Assembly: GCA_017654855.1 (NCBI GenBank)
Contig: CM030335.1
Coordinates: 1,798,001-1,862,000 of the forward strand
Direction: 5' to 3'
Source of the DNA: Podospora anserina
Taxonomy: Eukaryota
DNA length: 64,000 nucleotides
In this document: piece after piece, positions 12,871-25,475 of the stretch
Position numbering within the stretch: the stretch's first letter is position 1
How the letters are laid out: each line of letters opens with the position of its first letter
Notes under the pieces: generated by a model
Seen by the model: the letters and a program-made list of their open reading frames with translations, nothing else
Database searches by the model: none
What the model was told of the DNA's origin: nothing
Program-made: the position numbers and the translations under genes

Positions 12871-14660
12871 TCATGGTACTCCTGGTTTCTTTTTCTTCTT
12901 CTTTTTTGGGCGTGGGGGTTCGTCGAAGCCTCGGGTGATGAACCCACTGCTGTCTCGGCGGAAGGGATGTGCTCCTGGGCTGAGGACCCATTCGTCCAGG
13001 CTGATGAGGTCTGGTGGTGAGAAGATGAGGTAGTAGTACTTGAGTGTTTCGGCTAGCCAGAAGCTCTGAACATGATCAGGATATGTCAGTAATCAGTGGC
13101 AAGCCTTGAGATTGAGTGGCGCTTACCTCCATCGAATCCAGCTTCTTCAGTAGGCCATGAACAGTGACATCGCTGATGGCAGAAAACGCCAGCTCCGTCT
13201 CGGTAGCCCCGACCACGCTCTGGAACATCTCCCATGCCAGCTCCTGATACTCCTTGTTTCCCGTAATTCTGAACATGACGAACAAGCTCTCGATAGCCTC
13301 CGGTCTGAGTAGGTACTTTGGGTCCTTCACCGACTTGAACGGCTTCCTCAGCTTCCTGCTGCCCTCTTTCCGCCACTTGTCCTCATCAAACTTGCACGGC
13401 CCGTCCCTCCAGTCGCCCTCGCAAGGAACCGCCTCGAGTACCTCTGGCATCAAACCCGTGGGAAACGCCCCGTAAGCCCACGCACAACCCCGGGTGAGCT
13501 GCTCCCCAATCTTGATATATTCCTCGTTCCCAAACAGCTTCCCTCCCAGCCCAAACATCCCCCCCGCATAGCAACCCAAATGCTGAACCTTTGGCGCCGT
13601 TTCTACTTCATCCCCGTTCATCCTCGCCTCACCAACCAACAGTACATCCCTCCTATCCCCCATCTCATCCCTATCCTCCTCCGCGAGCATGGGCCGGAAG
13701 AGCAACCAATCCTCCGCCACCCCCATGGCTTCTTTCCACATCCTCTCCAACCTCCCCTCTCTCCCCCTTCCGAGCAAAGCCGCCGTCTTGAGTAGATTGC
13801 CATAAACGCCCTCCGCCCCCTTCCTCAGGCCAAAAACCTCATCACCTTCAGCCCCTTTCACAGGCCACAACCCCCTCAGCTTCGTCCTCTCCTGCCCCTC
13901 CTCCAAAACATCCACCTCCCCCCTCACAGCATCACAATACTTTTTATCACCGATCAGCTGTCCCAACCGTGTAAACTCCAACCAAGCCCCCGTCCTCATT
14001 CCCTCTCGCCCCTTCCCCTTTTCCATCAACAACCCCCCCAACTCCCCCGCCCTCTCCAACAACCCCCACTCCCCCGACAAATCATACCCAGCAACCAACC
14101 CCCCCAGATACCTCCCCATATCCACCCCCCCCTTCCCCCCCGCGAAATCAATCTTGCAAACCTCCTCCACAGCATCATAAAACTCCTCCCTCAAATCCAT
14201 GACCCACAACACATCCAAACTATCAACCAACGTCCCCGCCCAGCCCAACGTCGTTTTTCCTCTCCCTGACACAGGAGCGAGTTCGTCTGAGGGATAAGCA
14301 TGGAGTTTGTAAGCCGTCCATGACTTTAGGAAGGCGGACTTGACGGCGGCGCGGCGGGAGAGGGAGATGTTATTTGGGCGGTAGCCTGGTGGAAAAAAGA
14401 ACTGGACTGGATGGAGGGGACGTAATGGTTCTTTGACGGGTTTGGCGGGTGATCGGGAAGGGGGGTCTTGGTGGGGAGGATGTGGTGAGGTTTGGGAGTG
14501 TGGTGGTGATGGTGGTGATGGTGGTGATGGTGGTGGTAAGTCGTCGGGAACAGGCCTGTAAAACGATCGTCGCGCAGACGGCGGCTTCAACAAGAAGAAA
14601 AAAAAGAAAAACGCGACAGTGACAAGCAGGAGCCGGCGCATTCGCCGATCAAGAACCATC
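12871..14660 (-). CDS. GH47 alpha-1,2-mannosidase-like type II membrane protein, catalytically divergent
   Basis: TM anchor, [70 protein letters not shown]; intron ~13126-13067. Start may lie further upstream (to 14758). Confidence 0.85.
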
Positions 14661-15528
14661 TTCGCGGATGGGGGGGCTGTCTGCGGACCGGCGTCCGGTG
14701 AGGTGCGGGGAATTGCCCACTGTCTGTTTGTCTGTCCGCTGTCAAAAGATATCGACAAAACAACAGCAGCGTCAACACCCTACCTACCATGTGAACTCAA
14801 TCGCGCAGAGCGAACATCACGATCGACACAATTGACAACCGACGAGGCATGGTTGAAGAAAACACATCAACAAAGTAAAATGGGAGTTGAAAACCGCCCG
14901 TGTTTGCCTGTCCCTCCCCATCCTCCCGTCCCGAGAACATTTGGTAAGACGAGTACCACTCCACCAACAGCAGGCATTGGCGGGTATAGCGGCATAAAAG
15001 AAAGTCTTGGGGAGGGTGCATCCCAGCGTTGTATCGCATGATAGGGACACAACACCCTAGCCCAAGCATCAGACGAACTTCCTCGACCAAAACCATCTGG
15101 GTTCTGGAGCACTGCTGATGGAGGACATCAGCAAACCAAGCCGTTACACACACATGACGCGCTTAAAGATATCTGACCAAAAGGCCCCAAGTGCTCGCCC
15201 CGAGGGCACTTAATTTACGTCGTGCTCACAAAGGTGTAGGAGAGGAGGTCTTGGCAGGGGAACTTGACCGGGTGATAATGACAACCAATCTGATAATGGA
15301 CCAACAGGTCACAAAGAAACGAGAGAAGAGTATTTCTTTAAACATTCAAATAAATATTTCATCCGCTACATCCCAAACAGCGCTCTTCAATAGCAAGCAG
15401 CAGGAGGTATCATCTATACATCGTCATGATCCATGTCCAATCCATGATACCAAAAAAAAGAAAAAAAAGATTTCCAACTTATGACAAACTACACAATTCC
15501 ATTCCCCATCCAGGTTGAAAGAAAACAT

Positions 15529-17124
15529 CTAAGGCTTCCACCGGAAAGCAGGGTGCTTCCAATCCAAATCCTGCACCTCCTCCCTGCTCATCCCCGCCAG
15601 CTCCTCCTCCACGCTCAACGCCTCCCTCCTCTTATTATCCTTCTTCATCCAGAACAGCACCGCAGTAGCAACAATCAAGATGGTCGAAATGGCCGCCAGG
15701 TTCAGGCCGTTACCGATAGGATAGTTCGGCCCATCAGTAGGCAGAAAAGACCAAGTGCTCACCAACCCACCAATGTTTCCGCACATGACGTTCATGCCGA
15801 TGGCGCTGCTGCGAGCCGTGTCCGAAACAACGTTGGCGCTGACCTGCGAGTTGGTCATGGGGCCAAGCGCAAAGATGGACGACGAGAGCAAGAAGATGGC
15901 GGCATAGCGGGCCTCGGTGTTGGTGGTGGCAAGGAAGATGATGAAGCCGACAATGACGAGGGGTGTGCAAGACATGATGATGATCTGGCGACGGTCCATC
16001 TTCCAGCTGATGGCGGGCAGAAGGAGAGTGAAGAATCCACCGACGACATACGGGGGCACAGTCAGGAGCTGGGTCATGACGGTGGACTTGCCGGGGTAGA
16101 TGGAGCGGACGATGGTGGGGGCGAAGAAGCTGACGCCCTGGACGGTGATGTTGTTGAGCAGGAAAATGAACGAGGTGCTGAGCGTCACAGGGTTGAGGAT
16201 GCCGCGCATGAGCTTCTTGACGTCCATCTTGTCGAGGACCTCGGTGGTGCCGACGCGCTCAGACTTGATGCGGAGAATGGCAAGATCCTTCTCCGCCTGG
16301 GTGAGCCAGCGAGCCGTCTCGGGACGGTCAGTGAGGGTGATGTAGGAAATGACAGCAAGAACGCAGGTGATGACGCCCTCAATGGCGAAAATCATGCGCC
16401 AAGAGGTCAGGCTGCCAAAGCTCTCGAGCTGGAGGATGCCGGAGGCGAGGAGACCACCGAAGGCACCGGCCATGGGAGCCATGACGATGTAGAGACCGAG
16501 ACGGAAGGTGAGCTCGGAACGGCGGTACCATCTCGAGAGATAGTAGGCGATGCCGGGAAGCATACCAGCCTCGAAAGCACCGAGAAGGAAGCGAACACCG
16601 GCGGCCTGGGCGAAGTTGTTGACGAAAGCCATGGCGATGGAAAGACCACCGAAGCCGAGGGAGATGGTGGGGATGAACCAGCCGGGGCCAAAGTACTTGC
16701 AGCCGATGTTGGATGGGATCTCGAAAACAATGTAGGAGATGTAGAAGACGGAGAGGAGACCGTTGTAGTCGTAGCCGGTAAGGTTGAGATCCTTCTCGAG
16801 ACCAGCAATCCTGGCGTTGCCGATGTTTGCTCTGTCAATGAAGCAGAAAAGGTAGAGCAAAGCAACAGTGGGAACGATCATGAGATCCAACTTCCACCGA
16901 AGCCTGCGCTCAGCCTCAGGATCGATGTGGATGAGGGCGTTGCCATATCTGTCACGCTGGGTTAGCACGGTGCTGGCTCTATCCATGGTGCAATGCAATG
17001 TGGAAAAAACATACTCGTCTGTGGCAGCGGCGTGGTTCTTTCCGTGACCCTCGGCGTGGTGGGCGACGGCCTTCTCGTCCGAAGACGAGCTGGCCTCGGG
17101 GGTAATAGCTCTCTTTTCACCCAT
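15529..17124 (-). CDS. MFS transporter, allantoate/nicotinate (Dal5/Tna1-like) family
   Basis: KLDLMIVP...FIDRANIGNARIAGL, EIPSN, RFLLGAFEAG, WRMIFAIEG; short in-frame intron ~17011-16952. Confidence 0.92.
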   Translation of the reverse strand: MGEKRAITPEASSSSDEKAVAHHAEGHGKNHAAATDEYVFSTLHCTMDRASTVLTQRDRYGNALIHIDPEAERRLRWKLDLMIVPTVALLYLFCFIDRANIGNARIAGLEKDLNLTGYDYNGLLSVFYISYIVFEIPSNIGCKYFGPGWFIPTISLGFGGLSIAMAFVNNFAQAAGVRFLLGAFEAGMLPGIAYYLSRWYRRSELTFRLGLYIVMAPMAGAFGGLLASGILQLESFGSLTSWRMIFAIEGVITCVLAVISYITLTDRPETARWLTQAEKDLAILRIKSERVGTTEVLDKMDVKKLMRGILNPVTLSTSFIFLLNNITVQGVSFFAPTIVRSIYPGKSTVMTQLLTVPPYVVGGFFTLLLPAISWKMDRRQIIIMSCTPLVIVGFIIFLATTNTEARYAAIFLLSSSIFALGPMTNSQVSANVVSDTARSSAIGMNVMCGNIGGLVSTWSFLPTDGPNYPIGNGLNLAAISTILIVATAVLFWMKKDNKRREALSVEEELAGMSREEVQDLDWKHPAFRWKP

Positions 17125-18529
17125 AGTTGCTGTTTGAGGGGGGAGGCGATCGGGTCAAGTCCGTTGGAAGGGGGCAAGAGGGGATGGGGAGGAGGTCCTC
17201 TAACAGAACGGCAAGAAGGGGGGACGAAGAGCTGCTCTTTATCCAAAAGTCTCTGGCCCATGTCAAGGTAGGAGTGGATGACGTTTTGCCATGTGGGATT
17301 TTCCACCCGTGGGAATAGATGTCTTCACGATGCGGTGACCCCGTTGGCCCCGTACACTATCCGACGGGTGGAGATGTCACAGATCCAGGACATTTCTGGG
17401 GAACTTGGGGCCCTACACGACAAGCCAAGGTAGCCTCGATGGCTTCCAAGACGATCCGGTGGGAGCCGCACGCAAACTTTAAGTGAACGGCATTGAAAGT
17501 CGGCAATCCCCAACTCCTCCAACTGAGTGTTCTGGTGCGGTGAGTGGCCAGCAACTGCCTATCGATGCGGGGGACCAGATCCGGACTGTGGGAGGTGCTT
17601 CTGGATCTGGGGAACTAGTGCAGTCCGAAGGATGCACGCTGGCCGGTCATGTTGCTGTTTTGCGATTAGCATGTTTCTGCATTTGCTTGAAGCTGAAGTT
17701 GCCCACCACTGCCAACGCGCCCAACCGTGGCCGGGCTGTCCTTGCCTCACTACCAACTTCCCCAGAGACGACATGGATCATGGAACTTCGAAATGCGGAG
17801 GAGGTGGAGAGTCACCCCGCGGGGTTGAAGAACCATCCATGCCATCTCCACCAGACTCCAACTACCCCGACTTTTGATGGTCCACTTTACTTTTTCACCA
17901 TTGACACCATTGGTGTTTTTGTGACAGCTGCTCCATTCTGATATCCATAAAGAGTGGCATCCAACTCACTGCCGATAAACTTATGGAGACTCTTCTCATT
18001 GTAGTCAAAGCTGCGTCAGCGCCAAAGCCAGCATCAAACCCCCGTATCCCAAATGGATAAGTCTTTGTCCCCCGTTAGCCTCCTCTGGGCATCTCCAATT
18101 TCCAAATTTTCACTGGTCAAACTTTCTGGCTGTTGGGTAATTATCGCCAAGTTGGACCAGTCCGACGCCGGCCTGGGTTGGTGGGGACTTTTGCCGCCCG
18201 GTGCCGCCTCTCCCCTATTTGCGCCTGGAGTTTTTAGTATTGGCAAGTCTCTCACGATGTTCTATGACTCTTGGACAACGTCACCCAAACCCACCGCCTT
18301 CCTTGTGAAACGAAGAGCACGTGCAAGAACTAGTACACCGCTCATGATAGAGACTTGCAACGCAATATCAACGCCTGAATCATGCTGAGCACCTAGGTAG
18401 GGTGGTAGATCTCAAACATCTAGAAATCACTTATTGAAATCTCAGAAAGCTTGTTACATAGTTCAAAGGCCTGTCCATCTATGAACACGTGGGAGGCCTT
18501 GATCATCTCAGAGGCAACGCAACATTACC

Positions 18530-18661
18530 ATCTTTCTTTTTGTTTTTTTGGGTTTTTTTTTTTGGTTTTTTTTTGGTTTTTTTTCCTTTTTTTCTTTTCT
18601 TTCCTTTGTTCGTTTTTTTTCCTTTTTTTTCCTTTTTTTCCTTTTTTTTCCTTTTTTTTTG
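18530..18661. repeat. ~130-bp poly(T)-rich low-complexity tract
   Basis: T runs interrupted by single or double G, then C. Confidence 0.9.
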
Positions 18662-19388
18662 CTTAGGATCTGCTGGTCAGCCTTTACCGCATACATGTCT
18701 CCACCGTCCCTAACACTAGCTTGACATATGCAAACTCGTCTGAATAGCTCTGCCAGGAGGTGGGCTCGGGAATCGGCCCGAGGCAAAAAGGCAGCTCTCA
18801 ACACATTGCCAGAATTCAGCCTGGAGTTCCCCTCTGACCGAGCAAACAATTTTCACCTTCCAGATATCCGGAGACATGGCAGAGAAAACAAATTCTTTGA
18901 GTCACAAACATTCATTTTCAACACCTGACTCGTGGGAATGGCTTGAATTCCGCTGACTTGATTTATCTCTCGGAGATGCCTCGGCTCTCTTGTCTAGACC
19001 CTGGTAGTACTGCGTGACTGCGTGACTGCCTGGCCTGTGATGTCGAGCATATGCAAAACAGGCAGCTCGTTGTTGATGGTGACAGGATGGGCTATATGTA
19101 CTGCGTGGCGTCGTAGCTCCAACCGTTTGACATATGCAGCCCTCCCAGCATCACGACCCTTGAAAAGGCACCTAAAACCTCTTGGAAAGGTCCCATTCAT
19201 CACTTATTGGTTGCCCTACCAGCTTGACAGTTCGGGGTCGTACGATCACCCCCGCATAGAATTATTTGGGGAAAGGAAGCTGGTGTCGAAGGGCAGGGGG
19301 CGACCCACAAATTGTGAAGGTTGGTAAGGTGAAAATGAGCCGGACATCTCTGAAAAATGGAACAGGCAAGATTGAACAAATCTTGTCT

Positions 19389-20962
19389 CTATGCCTTCTT
19401 TTCTCCTTGTCGGTTGCCCTCCCCTTTCCTAACCCGGTCGACCGGTGTTAGCCGGCTTGGGCTGTTGGGATCATTCAGTCCCAGCACGAAACTCTCCTGA
19501 CTATCCCCCCACCTCCCACTATAACGCCTCACACCACCCCTCCTCTTCTTCTCAGGCGTCGTCTGCTCCCTAGCTGCGGGTGGCTGACCTCGACCAAACC
19601 CAACACGATACTGATCACAACACCCCTCCAACCCAACCTCATTCGTCCTCGTCGTCGTCGGCGTCCCCATGTCATCGCACGTCGTAAAATCCTCCCTCAA
19701 CAACAACCCCTCCCCTCCCCCCGACCTTCCACCCCCTTCCCTCTCGACCTCGGCGGGCCCAGCCCACTGATGAAGCTCCTTAAGCTCAAAGTGGTCGTAT
19801 GCGGCGTCCTATGATTCGAAATCAACAACGCCGGCGGCTCCCTCACCTCCCCATTCTCGCCCGCAAAATACAACTCGGTGACGCTCTTCCCCCCTTCCCC
19901 ATCGACGACCCTCACCGTTCCCAAGTCCAAGCTCCCCCCCTCGGTGTCGCTGGTGTCTGTACCCCCCCTCCCCCCGCCTCCCCAAAACCCAGGCCAGACC
20001 CTCCTCATCAACACCCCCACCCCAGGCGCACAGGCACAAATAACCGCCACATCCAACTCCAGCACCGTCATGACAAAAAACGCGAGCGTGTTCGCCACCT
20101 CGACACCTTCATCCTCGTCGTCGTCGTCGCCGCCGGAGTGATGGGTGTGGATGTAGCCGCCGGCTTTGAGACTGAGTTGCAGTCTTGTCAGGCTAGCCAC
20201 AGCGACGAAGACGCCTAGGCTGAGGACCACGCCGAGAATGGCCCGCTCTCGGGGGGGGATTTGAATACGGACGATAACGGGAATGATAAGCATGATGAGC
20301 CAGACGTCGGTGGCGGTGTGTAAACTCGTGCTGGCGATGAGCAGGGGTTTGAAGTCGAAACAATGCGGGACGGCGGTGGGGGAGTTGAAAAACAGGCCGG
20401 GAAGGGGGTGGCATTGGAAGATTGTGATGAATAATAGTGGGATGCCATAGCACATCACAGCGGTGATGGTCAGAACGGTGAGGAGTCGCAACCGGCGGGT
20501 GGAGGCGCAGGAGGAGAAGATCCTGAGGTAAAAGGACAGAATCGAGAGTTTGGTCAGGCAGAGGGAGAGTTGATAGAAGATGAGGGCGAGGTAGGTTCGT
20601 AGCGTATAATGGTGGTCGTGATGGGTGGTGGGGAAGGAGGTGGTTGTTGTGGTGATGGTGTAGGTTGCGCAGACTGCTGTTGAGAAGAGGAAGGACGACA
20701 GGATGAGCGTGTCTTCCCACCAGAACCATTTTTTGAGGAGGAACAACCGGGAGAAAAGCCGGGAGAGGAGGAAGAGGGTGCCGATTATGTGGGGAGTTAG
20801 GATGCCGAAGAGGATGCCGGGGATGATGTTTTGGGGGGGAGAAGGTGAAGATGCATCGTCGGTTGTGGATGGGGCTGTGATGTTGCTAGAGGGCTGGAGT
20901 AAGGGGAAGGTGAGGTTGAATTTGGTGTGGCCTGGTTCGGTTAGGCCTATTTGTGCGGCCAT
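19389..20962 (-). CDS. PTH11-like (fungal rhodopsin-domain) integral membrane protein with an apparent frameshift near 19710
   Basis: WWEDTLI, LTKLSILSFYLRIF, IFQCHP, TDVWLIMLIIP, ELDVAVICACAP; a protein-like tail continues in another frame (19389-19706). Confidence 0.8.
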
Positions 20963-22262
20963 GATGGCGGCGGTGGTGAGTGTTTAGTGTTCTCGAGTTT
21001 GTGTCATGAGTGGCTGGCGGACATCATCATCGGTTCGGCCTTGCTGTGATCTGTGATCTCTCAATGTGCGTTCCTTCTTAAATCCTCTCTCACTGCTCAC
21101 AATTCGCATCCATCCCTTCCGTCGCACAAAAAACACAAAAAGGAACAAACAGCAACCAAGCAATAACCAAATCGAGGGCAACGGTGTCATATAACAACAC
21201 CCGTCCGCATCCCTAGATCTGCACCGTCCGATCCCCTCAACCACCACCACCCTCCTCGCTCCCTCGCATTGTACATACGAGACATACATGACCGACCACC
21301 AAGCGACAGAGAGATCCGGTACACCACCCACACGGACTCACCACCCAGACCGTCCGGCCCACCCCCAAACCAAGCCTCTCCCGTCTTCGTTGCACTGGAT
21401 CACGGAAGAAGAACAAAACCTATATCAGGAATCTGCCATGCACCCTAACCCGACGGCAGCATGCACCCTCTCCGTTCTCCCCCAACTCCAAATTCCCCTC
21501 ATTGGCTGATTGCAAACAGTGCAACTCGGCAATCATGAACGGCAGAATTGACCTGCATATGCAAGAGCGCAGACAAAACTGCGGGGGTGGAGGCAGATCC
21601 CACCTCGTCCGTTCACTCTCTCCCTGTTCTGGTCATCAATCAAGAGAATAAAGCCATGTCCCGTTACTGCCGTCGAGCTGTCGATATTAACAGGCGGGAA
21701 AGGCGGCCACGGGCCGATTTCGCCATGGTGTGTGCTGAAGCACGCAAGGCCAGATGGTCAATTGCCGGATGTTCGCAGACGGTTGCTTTGACATGGCCGG
21801 CCGTGGCTTGGTTGTACTAGGAAACACCAACTTTTTGTCTCCAATCCGTTGTCTATCCAATGCCAGAAACAAAAATGTCTATTTTATTAGAGAAGCCAAA
21901 AGTTAGGAAAAAGAAGAGATGCATGGATCTATTACCTGTCCAACACGCACCTCAGCCCAGTTCTTCATGAAACTTGGCCATCTCCAACACCACCCCACCG
22001 GAACTCGACAATCTGTTGTCCTTCGGCAGACCAAACGGCATAGGTCAACTGCCCGGCCTGGCTCCCTCGAGAACCCACGCGCGGGCCTCTCCCCGCTAAA
22101 TGTAACCCTCACGCAGCAGTGCGTTTGTGGAGGAAGACAACTACCGATCTGTCAACCCGTCTTTGACATCTCCAACAGTTCCTCAAGGCACGACGACCTT
22201 GGGATATCGTCATACCCTCCCCCCATCTCCCCATCAACCCTCACCCACCACCCGCCCCAGCC

Positions 22263-24472
22263 TCAAATCTTCCTCTTCACCAACCCCCTCCAAAAGTCAA
22301 AACTGTTCTCATCACTCTGCAGCGCCCAAACCCTCCCCGTCCCCCTCAACGCCCCGTTGATCCCCCCCTCCGTCACCTCCTCCGCCTTCAACATCCCCCA
22401 ATCCCTCGTGATGCCCACCACCCTCGCCCTCACCCCCCCTTCCGCCTCCAGAGTCACAACCTGGTTGCTATGCAGCCAATACCGGTAATACTTCTCCTCC
22501 AACCCCTTGCTAAAACCCCCTTTCACAAACTCCCCATACAACACCTCCAACCTTGCCAACAGTCTGGCGAGCAACCTCTCTATTTTGAACGGTTGAAGGC
22601 TGTCTTTGTTCGACATGAGCGGGATAACCGCATCAAGCGAGGTAGTTGGTCTCGCATTATTCGTGTTAATTCCTATCCCCAGAACAACCTGGTAGTTCCC
22701 TGCCGTGTAACTGCAATTTGCCAAAATCCCAGCAACTTTGACATACGTGACAGAGTCAGAGTTGTTAGGATCGCGTACGTAGACGTCATTGGGCCATTTC
22801 ACTTTGACAGGGAAATCCTCGTAGCCCACATCGTACGTTTTGATCGCTTCCACGATGGCGATGGCGGCGAGGTATTGGATAAAGACTATTGGTCTGGTAC
22901 TGGCGAGGTGAGCAGGGTGGTTGATGACTGTCGACATGATCAACGACCCCGGCGGGGCAACCCAAACATTTGACCCGCGCCCTCGGCCAGCGACTTGGGT
23001 TGTTGCTGCGAGGGTGAAACCCGTGGAGAGGTGGGAGAGGAGCTTGTGGTTTTTCTCGAGGAGGGTGTTTGTGCTTGTCACTACCTCGCCGTACATGAGC
23101 ACATCGCCCCATTCCTCCGCCCCGGGGTTTTGCTCGCGGGATTGGCGAAGACTGGAGTAGTAAACCGCGTGGTTGAAGTAAGGCGTCTCCTTGGGTTCCG
23201 GCCAGGCTGTTTCATGGGATACGATGCGCTTCGGGATGTGGCTGTAGTTTGTTGTTGGGTCTGGGGAGCCCCGGCTGGGGCTTATTCTTGGTCTTTCCAG
23301 CTCACTCTGGAGGGCTCGGCTGAGGGATGTCAGGTCCCAGCGGGATTCTGGCTTTTCGAGGTGGAAGAGGTCGTTCTCGCCTTTGATGTACTCGTCGCCG
23401 TCTTCTTTTGTGATGATGTCGTCGAGCGAATGGAGGAGCTCCCCTACTTCGTTGTGATGGATGGAGGACACGTGAAGTTTGGAAAGACTGGGAACGGCTG
23501 TCCCTCTGCTTACTTCCAGTCCTAGTTTGGTTAGACAGGCCTTGAGGAACGTTGTCCTAGATGGTTCATCTGCAGCGAGCTCCTCAATGAGCTTCTCATA
23601 CTCGGGCAGGTCGGAGTGTCTGCCGAGATTGACGGCGTCGAACCTGGCACATATCAGTCCATCATCCTAGAGACAAAAAAGAAAAAAGGAAAAAAAAAAG
23701 GAAAAAAGCACTCACTCAGGATGAGGCCCAGTCAAAATCGCCGCTCCCTCCCCAACCTTGCAGTACACCATCGCAGCCTTTACCTCCCCCGATTCCACAT
23801 CCAAATCCCCCTCATACTCAGCCAAAATATCAACCTCGGCCCCCTCACCCGCAAGCTTCTCAGCATCAACAAAAACACCACCACCATTATAGTAGCATTT
23901 AAACACCTCCGGAAGCTCCCCATCCCCATCAAATCCCTCCTTCCTCACCCTCACATCAGCAGCTCTTGCCCCGCGCTCACTATGATACTCAAACCCCTTG
24001 AACGCACCACCCCTACAAATCCCAGGATAAAATCCCAACTCCCTGCTCCCCACAACCTCCATTGACGCATTCCCAACCTCAAACTCACACCTCTGACTTC
24101 CATAGTAACCACCTGCACAAAAGCCCAAATACGCCCCCCCGCGACGGACATACTGAGCGATATTGCGGTTTCCGGGGCCGTTGAGAACACGGCAGTACCC
24201 TAGATCAGCACCGCCAGGGAAAACAAGCAGAGCGCAGGTAGGTGCCCATGGCTCCTTGAGAATGGCAGTTTCTGTGATGGGGATCACGGCGTAGTTGGGG
24301 GAGAGCAGCCGGCGGAGGGAGTAGATGCAGTGGCGGACTGACTCGAGGGTTGAGCCCGTGCCTTTGGAGATGTAGACATTGTTAGTTGGAGGTTGTTATT
24401 CTAAAGGGACGATTAAAAATCCGCACCGGTGTAGACCAAGACATTGAGCTTGTTGAGCTTTCGTGAGGTCAT
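22263..24472 (-). CDS. BPL1: Biotin-protein ligase (BPL_N plus catalytic domain), 2 introns
   Basis: LNVLVYTG, LVFPGGADLGYC, YLGFCAGGY, GPHPE, VTSTN, QVAGRGRGSNVW, KWPND, KVAGIL. Confidence 0.95.
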
Positions 24473-24673
24473 TTCAGCTGTTGTGAGTGTGTTGTTGCTG
24501 CCGTTACAGGGGTGTGACTCGGCGGCAGCTCGGGACTGGAGCAAAAAATAACGGTAAAGGTAGTGGCGGATATGTGTCGAAGCCTTTTTACTCGGTCAAA
24601 TAGTCTGAAAATAAACAAAAAACAAAATATTTTTGTTGGTGCAACACAGGCTCGGCCGATCCGAAAAGATACA

Positions 24674-25163
24674 ATGGGCTCAGCACCTTCCAAGGACGAC
24701 GACAAGAGACCGACGGTTGAGCAGCCGACACCGCCGGCGGCGGAGCAGGAGGATGATGAGCCTGACGAGTGGTGAGTCCTCTCAACGTTGAGAAGCGGTT
24801 GATACTGATGACCGACTGCGGCAACCATGCAGGGACAAGCGTATTTTCAGCACCGGCTGCGCAGGTACGTTTTGGTCTTTTTGGAGAGAGAGTGATTTGG
24901 GGTTTGATGTCGTTATCCCGGTGATTGCTGGACGGACCTGGGTTGAGGATGACCCGCCGCTGATGTGCTTGAACACAGAGGAAAATGCAAAGTTGACCGA
25001 CTGTTACTACGAAAAGAAGGACTGGAGGCAATGCAAGGAAGAGGTATGTTATCAGTCAGTAATATTGAGTGATCTCGAGACTTACAAGACACAGATGGAG
25101 ATGTTCAAACAGTGTTGGAAGATGCAGGGCAACGATAAGCGGACTGATAGCAAAGATGTCTGA
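24674..25163 (+). CDS. COA4: Cytochrome oxidase assembly factor 4 (twin CX9C), 3 introns
   Basis: Spliced product DEPDEW|DKRIFSTGCA|EENAKLTDCYYEKKDWRQCKEE|MEMFKQCW. Confidence 0.88.
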
Positions 25164-25475
25164 TAACGACAAGACATGGCCATTTCACCTGGCCGCAACC
25201 TTGACATTATGTATCATGATATTAACCTCTCTCTCATGATTTATTTGGCCCGATTCGATGAAGAATAACTGCTGTGGCCACTGAGAAAAGACTGGAAGGC
25301 TGAATTGCCCTGTCCAACACCCCCTGCAACCGTTTCCTCAGCGCTCGCTCAAAGGCCCAAGCTTCTGCGCAAACCTGCCAGCCAAAATTTCCACTCTTCC
25401 ATCATCGTATCAACACCACCACCATCACCACCAAAACAACCACCTCTCCTCCTCCTCCCTCCCCACACATCGCCT

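Noticed and set aside
15481..16965. 494-aa plus-strand ORF
   Set aside because: Antisense shadow of the MFS transporter.
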